From Halobacteriovoraceae bacterium (lineage in GTDB: Bacteria; Bdellovibrionota; Bacteriovoracia; Bacteriovoracales; Bacteriovoracaceae), in NCBI GenBank assembly GCA_963719505.1, contig CAVRCF010000005.1, forward strand, positions 224,001 to 288,000: 64,000 nucleotides of DNA, written 5' to 3'. This document shows, one piece after another, positions 20,564 to 30,164 of this stretch. The notes under the pieces were generated by a model. The model ran no database searches. It had not been told where the DNA came from and was given only the letters and a program-made list of their open reading frames with translations. Each line of letters begins with the position of its first letter. The stretch's first letter is position 1. Position numbers and translations under genes: made by a program.

Positions 20564-22477
20564 ATGAAGTTTAATAAAACTCTGCCTCTAGTGCTTTTAG
20601 CTGCTGTAAGTATCGGAAATCTTTCGGCTAACGAAGAAGTTGAAGCAAAGAAAAAATTTGAACCGCCTAAAAACCAATATGGAAAGAGCATCTATCCTTT
20701 TGTTCCTGTTTCAACTGAATATATAGAGCAAAGAGCTCGAATTATGAGTGAAGATACAAACTATATTTCTAATTTTAACGACATTATCAAAAAAGGTTTG
20801 TCTGAGAGAAATACTGAAACGGCAATTGAGCCAGGTGCAAAGCCTTGGATGAGTACTTATTGGCCACTCAATAAAGGTCTTATTGCTGACCCCTATACAC
20901 CGAACTTTAATCCACTAAAAGATTTTATGTGGAAACCAAATCACAATAAACTTGTTAAAAGACAAGAAGAAGTTCTTCCAAAATGGAGAGAACTCGATAA
21001 CGAAGAACTTGATGTTCTCGCACCTTCTGAAAAATACGACATTCTGATAGGGGATGAAAATTTCACACTTACAAAGAAAGTAGTGAAGTATATGGACGAC
21101 TGGGGAAGTAAAAAAGAAGACGCTTCTTTATCCAAAGTGGATAAAGTTGGTGCTGATACCTATCAGATCGCAACAAACTACGTTAACTGGGGATGGACGA
21201 ATTCTAATAACGATCCGTTCACTTCTGTCGAAGACGCATATCCTTTGGCCAGTCGTCTAAGAGGTGGTTTAACTGATCATATTGCCAAGTATCTTTTAGA
21301 TGAAGGTAAAGCTAGAACATTAAAGTCGGCGCTTACGATGGCAAGACCAATTGCTATTAGTGAGCAAACAAACTTTGTGATGAAAAAGCCATCGGGCTCG
21401 ATTGCAACTTGGGAAGGAATTTGTCACGGCTGGGCCACAGCTGCTGGAAATGTTCCAAGACCAAGAAAGACAGTTTCTTTTACACTTGAAAATGGAAAGA
21501 TCTTAAAGTTTTTTCCAGATGATATGAAAGCTCTGGTCTCATATTTGTGGGCAAACTCTCTCGTTCAAGATTCAAGAATATATGATGACAAAACGGATAG
21601 CTTCTCTGGTGGTGGGATTCTTATGCAAGGTCTTCGTTGTAACGATAGTTTTCCTAAAAAAGATCCATGGGGAAGAGTTTACGATGATCAGCCAGATGAG
21701 CACTCAAGAGAGCTTGAGCCAAGATGTGTAGGGGTTCACCCAGCACTTTGGCACTTAGGACTTGTGAATATTATTGGTAAGCAAGGTAGAAGCTTTGTTG
21801 TTGAAAGAAAAAAATCAAAGAAAGTTGATAACCATCCAATGTATGGTTATAAAGCCGAATACTTTAATCCGTATGACGGTGAATACGAAGGGGATATCGC
21901 TTCAAAGGTTAAGCCAATTACAAAAGAAGATCAGTTTTTTGACTTCAGAAATAAAGAGGCAACTCATATTGTGGGTGTTCGTTTAACGATGTCATATATC
22001 AACTGGAACAGACCACAAAGATTAGAAACTGACGATGAGTCAATGGATGAAGTTCGCGACATCGATATGCTCTACGATCTTGAACTGAATAAAGATGGCG
22101 ATATCGTTGGTGGTCAGTGGAGAGCGACTGAAGTTGGCCGAGGTAATATGTTTAATGCGGAAAGAAAACAGCCGGATTTCTTTTGGGCCGTAACAAAAGA
22201 TTGGAAAGGATACTTTAAAGGAAGAAAAGATCTTCCTGAGTGGAAAAGTGGACTCCCTCCAAAAGAATACAAAAAGGCTTCGATTGCCTCTACAAATCAA
22301 TTGTATCACTCAACTCCAGAATTTGGGTGGTATGACAGATGTACGATCAAAAGAGACAAGAGAACTAAAATTAACAAGCATCTTCCAAAAGAGATTCGCG
22401 TTAATTGTGAGCATATCTACGAGAGACCTCAGCCACTGATTCAGGTCATCGATAAATTGATAGATATGGCGAAATAA
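20564..22477 (+). CDS. Secreted transglutaminase-elicitor-like protein
   Basis: PWMSTYWP, PSEKYD, TWEGICHGW, DMKAL, NHP, YDLEL..G.I.GG.W, PDFFW motifs. Confidence 0.72.
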   Translation: MKFNKTLPLVLLAAVSIGNLSANEEVEAKKKFEPPKNQYGKSIYPFVPVSTEYIEQRARIMSEDTNYISNFNDIIKKGLSERNTETAIEPGAKPWMSTYWPLNKGLIADPYTPNFNPLKDFMWKPNHNKLVKRQEEVLPKWRELDNEELDVLAPSEKYDILIGDENFTLTKKVVKYMDDWGSKKEDASLSKVDKVGADTYQIATNYVNWGWTNSNNDPFTSVEDAYPLASRLRGGLTDHIAKYLLDEGKARTLKSALTMARPIAISEQTNFVMKKPSGSIATWEGICHGWATAAGNVPRPRKTVSFTLENGKILKFFPDDMKALVSYLWANSLVQDSRIYDDKTDSFSGGGILMQGLRCNDSFPKKDPWGRVYDDQPDEHSRELEPRCVGVHPALWHLGLVNIIGKQGRSFVVERKKSKKVDNHPMYGYKAEYFNPYDGEYEGDIASKVKPITKEDQFFDFRNKEATHIVGVRLTMSYINWNRPQRLETDDESMDEVRDIDMLYDLELNKDGDIVGGQWRATEVGRGNMFNAERKQPDFFWAVTKDWKGYFKGRKDLPEWKSGLPPKEYKKASIASTNQLYHSTPEFGWYDRCTIKRDKRTKINKHLPKEIRVNCEHIYERPQPLIQVIDKLIDMAK

Positions 22478-22501
22478 TTTAATAAAAGATAAAGTTTGCA
22501 C

Positions 22502-22532
22502 AGGGACCTCAAAGTGGGGTCCCTCTTTTTTT
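22502..22532 (+). terminator. Rho-independent terminator
   Basis: AGGGACCTCA-aag-TGGGGTCCCT followed by T tract. Confidence 0.8.
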
Positions 22533-22618
22533 CACACGACTTCGTTTTCTCTAGAAGGCTAGAATAATTATCAGTATAACCGCAAATAACAAAAACCAAT
22601 TAACTAAGGAAGTATATT

Positions 22619-22915
22619 TTGAAAAGAATATTAGTTGTAATTTTAGCTTTAGGAAGTCTTTTCTCTTTTGCAAACAGTAACGAGATTCATGAGCTTGTTT
22701 GCAAAGAGATAGTTGCTGGCTACAGTTCTGCGTTTTTTGATGTAGAAAGCTGTGTCTTAGAGACTGAACTTGAAGGATCAGTAGAAGCAGGTGATACAGA
22801 GTTGAGTCTTAATTTTTATGACTGTGATAGTGAATCGGATGTTACATATTTTTATGATGTTAAAGAAAAATCTATATCATCTGGAGACTCTTGGATTGGT
22901 GTCGCTTGTGATTAA
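22619..22915 (+). CDS. Small secreted acidic hypothetical protein
   Basis: AAGGA RBS, TTG start, signal peptide, 4 Cys. Confidence 0.7.
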   Translation: MKRILVVILALGSLFSFANSNEIHELVCKEIVAGYSSAFFDVESCVLETELEGSVEAGDTELSLNFYDCDSESDVTYFYDVKEKSISSGDSWIGVACD

Positions 22916-22946
22916 AACTCTTAATCAAAAAATTTCAAACAAACTC

Positions 22947-22982
22947 AAAAAGGCTAGGAGATGAAATCTTAGCCTTTTTTTT
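22947..22982. terminator. Bidirectional terminator
   Basis: AAAAAGGCTAGGA..TCTTAGCCTTTTT between convergent genes. Confidence 0.8.
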
Positions 22983-23385
22983 AGATTCTAATCTGCCCTT
23001 TTTGATAAGGAAGATCTTTTCTTTTCTTGGCTTTTTCTTCATAAAGTTTTTTCTCCATTGAAATCACACTACAAGGAAGTTTTCCATCACAAAGCTTAAA
23101 GCGATCAAGAAGATACTTGTACTGGTAGTTGGCCAGTGCCTTTTGCTTTTTAGTAAGAAGGACCACCACAATATGCTGTCCATCTTCGCTTCTTTTTATA
23201 AGTTCGGAGACCGGTGGATTGACTTCACTTTCTCTGTAGAAGAATTCAATAGTGTCACCTTCAGTAGATTTTGCTTCGACAACTATTTTTAAAGGCCTGA
23301 TCATAAGAATATATATACATCCAATGCTTCCAAGAAGGCACAGCACCATAAAGGCTATAAAAACGGTATTTTGTTTTGTCTTCAT
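22981..23385 (-). CDS. Hypothetical protein, single N-terminal TM
   Basis: GGAG RBS before ATG 23385. Confidence 0.65.
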   Translation of the reverse strand: MKTKQNTVFIAFMVLCLLGSIGCIYILMIRPLKIVVEAKSTEGDTIEFFYRESEVNPPVSELIKRSEDGQHIVVVLLTKKQKALANYQYKYLLDRFKLCDGKLPCSVISMEKKLYEEKAKKRKDLPYQKGQIRI

Positions 23386-23444
23386 TTTTCTCCCAATATC
23401 CAACCAATGTCTTTTATAACTAAAGCGTCAAAAATCAAATACTC

Positions 23445-23472
23445 TTGACACTATTGGAATAGATATTATCTT
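23445..23472 (+). promoter_or_regulatory. Putative sigma70 promoter of htpX
   Basis: TTGACA-N16-TATCTT. Confidence 0.45.
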
Positions 23473-23514
23473 TAATTGTGTATTCAGACAAAAAAACTTT
23501 TAAGGAGTTTAGCG

Positions 23515-24411
23515 ATGTTTAAGAGAGTGGGTTTATTTTTACTAACAAATATAGCTGTTATTGCTATGGTGACCATTATTACCCAGGTTTTTGGTCTAGA
23601 GCCCTATATGAATGCCAATGGCTTAAATTATCAAGCCCTTCTCATCTTTTGTGCTATTTGGGGGATGGTGGGTTCATTTATCTCTCTTGCTATGAGTAAG
23701 TTCATGGCAAAACAGATGATGGGTGTAAAGATTGTGGAACAAAATGGTCAGTTCTCTGGCTTAGTTAATACAGTCCATCGATTGGCCAAAGCGGCAAACC
23801 TTCCAAAGATGCCTGAAGTTGGAGTTTATGACTCTCCAGAGGTCAATGCCTTCGCAACGGGTCCTTCAAAGTCAAATTCCTTGATCGCTGTATCAACGGG
23901 CCTATTAAATGGAATGACTGAAGATGAAGTAGAAGGTGTGCTCGCTCATGAAATAGCACATGTGGCCAATGGAGATATGGTCACGATGGCGCTTGTCCAA
24001 GGTGTCGTGAATGCCTTTGTTATGTTCTTTGCAAGAATCGCAGCTTTCGCCGTTCAAAACTTCCTAAGAGGAGATGATGATGAAGGTGAGGGATTTAGCT
24101 ATATGATCAACTTTGTTTTGATTATGGTTTTTCAAATCGTTTTTGGGATACTAGGGTCGGTTGTTGTGGCTTTCTTTTCTAGGTACAGAGAGTTTAGAGC
24201 AGACTCCGGGGGAGCTCAGCTCGCTGGTAGAGAAAAAATGGTAGCGGCGCTAAAAAGACTTCAAAATCAGTTTGAGAGAGGAAACTTTAACGACGATGCT
24301 CCAAGCATGAATGCGATGAAGATTTCGACAAAAGCCTCACGCTTTGCAGCGTTACTGTCAACGCACCCTCCACTGAGCACAAGAATTAAAGCACTACAGA
24401 TGAATGCATAA
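23515..24411 (+). CDS. htpX: Protease HtpX (M48 zinc metalloprotease)
   Basis: NAFATG, HEIAH, GDMVTM, SRYREFRAD, THPP; AAGGAG RBS. Confidence 0.95.
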   Translation: MFKRVGLFLLTNIAVIAMVTIITQVFGLEPYMNANGLNYQALLIFCAIWGMVGSFISLAMSKFMAKQMMGVKIVEQNGQFSGLVNTVHRLAKAANLPKMPEVGVYDSPEVNAFATGPSKSNSLIAVSTGLLNGMTEDEVEGVLAHEIAHVANGDMVTMALVQGVVNAFVMFFARIAAFAVQNFLRGDDDEGEGFSYMINFVLIMVFQIVFGILGSVVVAFFSRYREFRADSGGAQLAGREKMVAALKRLQNQFERGNFNDDAPSMNAMKISTKASRFAALLSTHPPLSTRIKALQMNA

Positions 24412-24438
24412 AAAAAGGGAGCTTATAGCTCCCTTTTT
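24412..24438. terminator. Bidirectional terminator
   Basis: AAAAAGGGAGCT-tat-AGCTCCCTTTTT. Confidence 0.85.
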
Positions 24439-24442
24439 CTTT

Positions 24443-24766
24443 TTATTTTTTCGTACAGATAACTGTGTCGTAATTTTGTGAACACTCGTCTTTGGTTGTT
24501 AATGAGAAACTTCCGTCCTCATAAACGAGCTCTCTTGTATATCCATTCCAACTTGTTAAATAAACAGCAAATTCATCTCTCATATCTTGAGAGGTGTGAT
24601 GCAGCTTTGATGATCCATCTGGTGCAATTTCCTTAACAAAAACATCTCCGTGATGAATTGAAATATCGACAGACTTGATATCCGAGTAGTTAAAGTCATT
24701 ACAGATGAAACCTTCTGCACTGAATACTGAAGTTGAAAGCATAAGAGCTAAAAGAAGCTTTTTCAT
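24443..24766 (-). CDS. Small secreted hypothetical protein
   Basis: AGGAG RBS, signal peptide. Confidence 0.75.
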   Translation of the reverse strand: MKKLLLALMLSTSVFSAEGFICNDFNYSDIKSVDISIHHGDVFVKEIAPDGSSKLHHTSQDMRDEFAVYLTSWNGYTRELVYEDGSFSLTTKDECSQNYDTVICTKK

Positions 24767-24868
24767 TGGGGGTCTCCTAAATTAAGTTTCCACCTTCATA
24801 CCGCTCTTTCCTACAATTTTCACCCTTTTTTGTTGAATACGAGTAAAAAATACTTAAACTTAACATTA

Positions 24869-25306
24869 ATGAGAATATTACTTTTTCTTTTCACATTCTG
24901 CGCCTTCTCAAGTGAACTTAAGCATTTCTATACGGATTTCTGTACATTTTTTCCTGAGGGAACACGGCTCAAGCCCAAGCTTTGGGAAGAGTGCTGTGTG
25001 CGCCACGACCTCGTTTACTGGGCCGGTGGAACAAAAGATCAGCAAAAGCAATCTGACTTAGAGCTCAAGCAGTGCGTGACAATCAAAGCGGGTAGAGCTT
25101 GGGGTTCACTCATGTACAGGGGTGTGAGAATTGGGCATCTGTCCCCGATTAAAAGTGAGATGAAATGGGGCCACGGCTGGGGAGATGATAGATCTTTTCA
25201 ACCTCTAAAATCTGTCGAGATAGATCATATTCGAGACCTTTTACAAACTACTGAAATTAAAGAAGAATTCAAAGATCACTACATAAATACTTATTTAACT
25301 GATTAA
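24869..25306 (+). CDS. Secreted phospholipase A2-like protein
   Basis: DFC..PEG, CCVRHDLVY, D.ELKQC, MYRGVR; signal peptide from ATG 24869. Confidence 0.55.
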   Translation: MRILLFLFTFCAFSSELKHFYTDFCTFFPEGTRLKPKLWEECCVRHDLVYWAGGTKDQQKQSDLELKQCVTIKAGRAWGSLMYRGVRIGHLSPIKSEMKWGHGWGDDRSFQPLKSVEIDHIRDLLQTTEIKEEFKDHYINTYLTD

Positions 25307-25311
25307 AAAGC

Positions 25312-25339
25312 TCAAGTTTTAACCTCAGCTTGCCGATAC
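25312..25339 (+). promoter_or_regulatory. Putative sigma28 (FliA) promoter
   Basis: TCAAG-N15-GCCGATAC upstream of ATG 25347. Confidence 0.65.
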
Positions 25340-25346
25340 CATTAAC

Positions 25347-25961
25347 ATGAAAAATTTATGGTATTTATCTCTTATTTTTGTCTCGTCTCAAGCTCTTTCC
25401 AATGAAGATTGTATTAATAAATACAAGCAAAAATACTTCAAGCATAAGCATCGCTACGAAAAGGCAGTTGATCGATACGATAGAAGGCGGGAAGCCGCAC
25501 GAAACCAAATTTTCTCTGCCCAAGCTTCAGGCTCAATAACGGCAGGATCAATCTTTGGTGCGGCGACAATTCAAAACGATGTTAGACCTAAGAGATCAGA
25601 CTATAATTTAAGCGGTGAACCGATCATTAATGCTTATGATTTTAATTTAGACTCTCGTCAATCAAAGCCCAGTTATTTAGATGAGCTTTACAACGAGGCT
25701 TTGGCCGTTGATGCCGATACCACTTATGAAGCCGTACAAGGTCTTTTGAAAAAAGGCATGCACGATGGAGAGTTTTGTTCTTGGTTTGGTTTAAAAGATA
25801 AAGATAAAATTACAAAATTTGTTCTAGAGGGTCTTGCTAAAGATAGATCTCTTACAGCGTCGAACTTAAATGTTAATGACTCCCACCCAGGCCAGGCCCG
25901 GGAAGTACCTAGGGAGACAGAAGAATCAAGTCAGTCTACAGTTTTTGCAACTGGGCAATAG
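25347..25961 (+). CDS. Secreted hypothetical protein
   Basis: Signal peptide, 204 aa. Confidence 0.72.
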   Translation: MKNLWYLSLIFVSSQALSNEDCINKYKQKYFKHKHRYEKAVDRYDRRREAARNQIFSAQASGSITAGSIFGAATIQNDVRPKRSDYNLSGEPIINAYDFNLDSRQSKPSYLDELYNEALAVDADTTYEAVQGLLKKGMHDGEFCSWFGLKDKDKITKFVLEGLAKDRSLTASNLNVNDSHPGQAREVPRETEESSQSTVFATGQ

Positions 25962-26874
25962 TTCTATTATATTCACTGATCAATTGATCTACCACTTGTT
26001 GAGTCGATGGAATATCTTTGATCAAAGAACAAACCTGTCCAATTTCTAATTCCCCTTGATCCACATCGCCATCGAGCATTCCTGCTTTGGCACGACCGCG
26101 ACCAAGATGTTCGAGGCGCTTTTCTTTATCAGCTCCTGTTAACTCCAACTTCTCAACTTCCTCAAAAAACTTATTTTTAAAAAGTCTAACGGGAACAAGA
26201 TCTTTCATCATAAGCTTTGTTGATCCACTTTGAGAATTGAGGAGAAGATTTTTATAATTATCATGAGCACTACTTTCTTTGGTCATTAAAAAACGAGTAC
26301 CCATTTGGATGGCCTGTGCACCAAGAGCTAAGCCCGCGGCTATAGAAGCTCCTGTGGCAAAACCGCCGGCGGCAATAACAGGTATTTTTACAGCACGAAC
26401 AACTTGTGGAATTAGTGCAAGCGTTGTTATCTCATCGCGCCCATTGTGCCCACCTGCTTCAAAGCCTTCGGCAATAATAGCATCGACTCCGGCTTCTTCG
26501 CATTTATTTGCAAGCTCAGGTGTACTGGTAACATGAATAACAATACAGCCTTTATCTTTTAAAAACTTGGTGTACTTTTTAGGACTACCTGCACTTGTAA
26601 TAAAAACTTTGATTTTATTTTGTAAAGCGATCTCAATTTGTTCCTCAACTTTTGAATACAAAAGGGGAAGATTAATGGCCACGGGTTTATCAGTCAGTCT
26701 ATTTACTTTTTGCAACTGTGAATCGAGCAAATCAAGACTCATGGAACCAGCGCCCACGACACCCAAGCATCCCGCGTTTGCTGCAGCCGCGGCTAGGTTA
26801 GCTCCTGAGACCCATACCATTCCCGCTTGAATAAGGGGGTATTGTATTTTTAAAAGATCGGTTATTTTATTCAT
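25936..26874 (-). CDS. Nitronate monooxygenase / FabK-like flavoprotein
   Basis: YPLIQAGM, EGFEAGGH, IAAGG, MGTRF, GQV motifs. Confidence 0.88.
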   Translation of the reverse strand: MNKITDLLKIQYPLIQAGMVWVSGANLAAAAANAGCLGVVGAGSMSLDLLDSQLQKVNRLTDKPVAINLPLLYSKVEEQIEIALQNKIKVFITSAGSPKKYTKFLKDKGCIVIHVTSTPELANKCEEAGVDAIIAEGFEAGGHNGRDEITTLALIPQVVRAVKIPVIAAGGFATGASIAAGLALGAQAIQMGTRFLMTKESSAHDNYKNLLLNSQSGSTKLMMKDLVPVRLFKNKFFEEVEKLELTGADKEKRLEHLGRGRAKAGMLDGDVDQGELEIGQVCSLIKDIPSTQQVVDQLISEYNRTIAQLQKL

Positions 26875-26877
26875 GTC

Positions 26878-27618
26878 TTAGTCCAATGTATAAGTAATAT
26901 AATTTTCATCAGTGATGGTAATTACGGGTGACTTTTCTAGATGATCAAGAATGTACCTTTCAGTCACTCCGGTTGTCTTCGCTCGTGTTGACGCTCTTTT
27001 ATTGCCAAACTTCTCTCCATCATAAACTGTCCAGCCTCCGGCGATCATTGATTTTCTGATAGAGGATGAAGCGGAGTAGGTGCTCATAATACAATCGGCT
27101 TTGGCACTTTCATAAAGATCTTGAAACCACTGGCTTGTCCAGAGTATCGCGTTTCTTTTTGGACTAAAGGCATCTTGATAGATGCAGTCATAGCTAAACT
27201 TCATTTCTTTTTGAAATTTTGGAAAAGTTTCTCGGCCATTACCAATAAGAAGATACAGCTCAAAATCTTTGTGTTTTACATGATAGAAGTAGTCACTTTT
27301 TATATAGTTTGAAAAAAGGGGATCTTTTTTAAGAGTGTATAAAACAAGATCCTCATCTATTTCAATAGAGACAAAAGTAAAGCGAGATAAAGAAGCTTTA
27401 TATGTTTCATAAAAACCAACACCGACGCCAAAGCCTGCTTCAAAGATGTTTATTTCTGAGTCTTTTGATTTGTTAACGACATCACAGCCATCAATATAGT
27501 GGACCTTTGTTTCACTTGCGGCTCCAGCTATTGAATGACAGGTTTCATTATAAAGCTTTGAGAAAACGGTCAGACTACCATCATCAGTTTTTATAAAATC
27601 GTAGTTTTTTAGGTCCAT
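26878..27618 (-). CDS. mnmD: tRNA mnm5s2U methyltransferase (stand-alone MnmC methyltransferase domain)
   Basis: TDDGS.T..S, HS..GA..ET, EAGFGVG, DAFSP, TYS, GNKR. Confidence 0.82.
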   Translation of the reverse strand: MDLKNYDFIKTDDGSLTVFSKLYNETCHSIAGAASETKVHYIDGCDVVNKSKDSEINIFEAGFGVGVGFYETYKASLSRFTFVSIEIDEDLVLYTLKKDPLFSNYIKSDYFYHVKHKDFELYLLIGNGRETFPKFQKEMKFSYDCIYQDAFSPKRNAILWTSQWFQDLYESAKADCIMSTYSASSSIRKSMIAGGWTVYDGEKFGNKRASTRAKTTGVTERYILDHLEKSPVITITDENYITYTLD

Positions 27619-27640
27619 ATCATTTACTATAACAAGCTAT

Positions 27641-28393
27641 ATGCAAAAATATTATCACTTTTATGAGAAATCCTATGAAAACTTCACTCCAGATTGGTTT
27701 AGTGAGAACAATATTGAAAAAATCGAATTGTTTCTCAAAGAAAACACGGAGAGTATCAAGAAGTTTATTGAAAGCTATGAGCGTCAATTTGACTGGGGTA
27801 GTGACTCTCTGAGAGGCAAAGAAGTTCTTGTCGCAGGTTGTGGTTTTGGTGGACTTTGTTTCTATCTAGAATCCAGAGGGGCTATTGTGACGGGAGTTGA
27901 TGTCTCAAAACTTGCTATCTCAGGTGCGATAGAGATTAAAAAGCTTTTAAATAAACACGTAAACTTTAAGTGCATGGATCTAACAGAACACAGCAATCTT
28001 GAAAAATACGATTTGATTTTTGACGATCATCTTTTGCACTGCCTTACAACAAAAGATGACCGTTTAAGTTATCTAGCTCATCTCAAAAAAAAATTAAAAC
28101 CTGATGGATTGATTTTTATTGAGTCCATGGCCTTTCATTCAAGCCTGCAAGTACCTGCTGATTACAATTTTGATGAAGAAAATATTCTTTGGAGGAAAGA
28201 TCTAATGGTTCGAAAAATTGCCGAGTCGATAGAGATTGAACAAGAAGTAAAAGAGTCGGACTTGTTTATCAATTATCTTTTCTTTCACTCGGAACTTTGT
28301 TTCCAAGCTTTCCCAGAGTACAAAGACTATCCGGCGCACTTTTTGCCAAAAACTATTCGCCTTACATGCATGGCGGAATCACCTTTTGAATAA
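27641..28393 (+). CDS. Class I SAM-dependent methyltransferase
   Basis: VAGCGFG, GVDVS, LKPDG. Confidence 0.8.
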   Translation: MQKYYHFYEKSYENFTPDWFSENNIEKIELFLKENTESIKKFIESYERQFDWGSDSLRGKEVLVAGCGFGGLCFYLESRGAIVTGVDVSKLAISGAIEIKKLLNKHVNFKCMDLTEHSNLEKYDLIFDDHLLHCLTTKDDRLSYLAHLKKKLKPDGLIFIESMAFHSSLQVPADYNFDEENILWRKDLMVRKIAESIEIEQEVKESDLFINYLFFHSELCFQAFPEYKDYPAHFLPKTIRLTCMAESPFE

Positions 28394-28485
28394 CACTGTA
28401 TGTCTAAGAAAAATTTTTCTCGTTCCCAGAATCACTTTCATTGACTATCATCTAGAGACTAATAATTTAATTTAAGGATTTATCT

Positions 28486-30159
28486 ATGAAAAGAGTATGG
28501 CAAGAAAGTTATCAAGAAGGTGTTCCTCATGAAATTAATATCAATGAATACAAAAGTATTCCAGATATATTAGAACAATCCTTCAAAGACTTTGCCGATA
28601 GACCTTCTTTTCATTGTATGGGAAAGACTTTTACTTTTGCTGAAATAGACTCTCTTTCTCAAAAATTTGGCTCTTACCTTCAAAACGATCTCGGTCTTAA
28701 AAAAGGCTCGAGAGTGGCGATTATGATGCCGAATATTTTACAATATCCAGTCGCTCTTTTTGGAATTCTAAGAACGGGAATGATTGCGGTAAACGTGAAT
28801 CCTCTTTATACAGCGAAAGAGCTTGAGCATCAACTTATTGACTCAGGAGCTGAGGCGATTATTATTTTTGAAAACTCTGCTCAGATATTACAAAAAGTCA
28901 TTTCAAAAACAAAAGTTAAGCACGTTATTACAACAAGCATTGGTGACATGTTAGGTTTTCCAAAATCAATCCTTGTAAACTTTGTTATCAAGCATGTTAA
29001 AAAGATGGTTCCTTCTTGGTCACTTCCAGGAAATATTAAATTTAATGACGCTCTTGCTGCAGGTGATGCTTCTAAATTTAAAAGAGCAAAATTAACTCTG
29101 GAAGACACAGCTTTTCTTCAATACACCGGTGGAACGACAGGTGTTTCAAAAGGTGCTGATTTAACTCATGGAAATATTGTGGCCAACGTACTACAAGCAA
29201 AAGTTTGGATCGCAAAAGATTTAAAACTGGGGGAAGAAATTATTATCACACCTCTTCCGCTTTATCATATTTTCTCATTAACAGCCAACTGCATGATCTT
29301 TAATTCCATTGGAGCTCTTAACGTTCTTATTACAAATCCAAGAGATATTCCGGCCTTTGTTAAAGAATTATCTAAATGGAAATTTTCTGCCTTTACTGGG
29401 GTTAACACACTTTTTAACGTTCTTGTGAATAATGAAGACTTTAAAAAATTAGACTTTTCAAATCTTAAAGTTACTTTGGGTGGTGGTATGGCCGTGCAAA
29501 AAGCTGTAGCAGAAAAATGGAAAAAAGTGACAGGAAAACCACTTATAGAGGCTTATGGACTAACAGAAACAAGTCCCGCAGCATGTATTAATCCACTAGA
29601 TATTCCTGAATATAATGGAAAGATTGGTGTGCCGATTCCGTCAACAGACATGAAAGTTATCGATGAAGAAGAGAATGAAGTTGCTCTAGGTGAGAGAGGC
29701 GAGATTGCTATTAAAGGGCCACAAGTAATGCGTGGTTACTGGAACCAACCTGAAGAGACGGCTAAAGTCATGACTAAAGATGGATTCTTTAAAACCGGAG
29801 ATATCGCGACACAAGACGAGAGAGGATTTTTTCAAATCGTTGATAGAAAGAAAGATATGATTTTAGTTTCAGGCTTTAATGTCTATCCAAACGAAATTGA
29901 AGATGTTGCCACTTCTCATGAAAAAGTTTTAGAAGCAGCGGCCATTGGTATCCCTAATGAAAAATCAGGAGAGGTCGTTAAGCTTTTCATTGTTAAAAAA
30001 GATCAATCTTTAACGGCTGATGAGATGATCGCTTTTTGTAAGACAGAACTTACAGGTTATAAGATTCCAAAAATCGTTGAGTTTAAAGATGAGCTTCCAA
30101 AAAGTAATGTCGGAAAGATTCTTAGAAAAGATTTAAGAGATATGGAAAAGAATAGTTAA
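28486..30159 (+). CDS. fadD: Long-chain-fatty-acid--CoA ligase
   Basis: YTGGTTGVSKGA, YGLTETSP, TGD, DRKKD, SNVGKILR. Confidence 0.95.
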   Translation: MKRVWQESYQEGVPHEININEYKSIPDILEQSFKDFADRPSFHCMGKTFTFAEIDSLSQKFGSYLQNDLGLKKGSRVAIMMPNILQYPVALFGILRTGMIAVNVNPLYTAKELEHQLIDSGAEAIIIFENSAQILQKVISKTKVKHVITTSIGDMLGFPKSILVNFVIKHVKKMVPSWSLPGNIKFNDALAAGDASKFKRAKLTLEDTAFLQYTGGTTGVSKGADLTHGNIVANVLQAKVWIAKDLKLGEEIIITPLPLYHIFSLTANCMIFNSIGALNVLITNPRDIPAFVKELSKWKFSAFTGVNTLFNVLVNNEDFKKLDFSNLKVTLGGGMAVQKAVAEKWKKVTGKPLIEAYGLTETSPAACINPLDIPEYNGKIGVPIPSTDMKVIDEEENEVALGERGEIAIKGPQVMRGYWNQPEETAKVMTKDGFFKTGDIATQDERGFFQIVDRKKDMILVSGFNVYPNEIEDVATSHEKVLEAAAIGIPNEKSGEVVKLFIVKKDQSLTADEMIAFCKTELTGYKIPKIVEFKDELPKSNVGKILRKDLRDMEKNS

Positions 30160-30164
30160 GGTCT

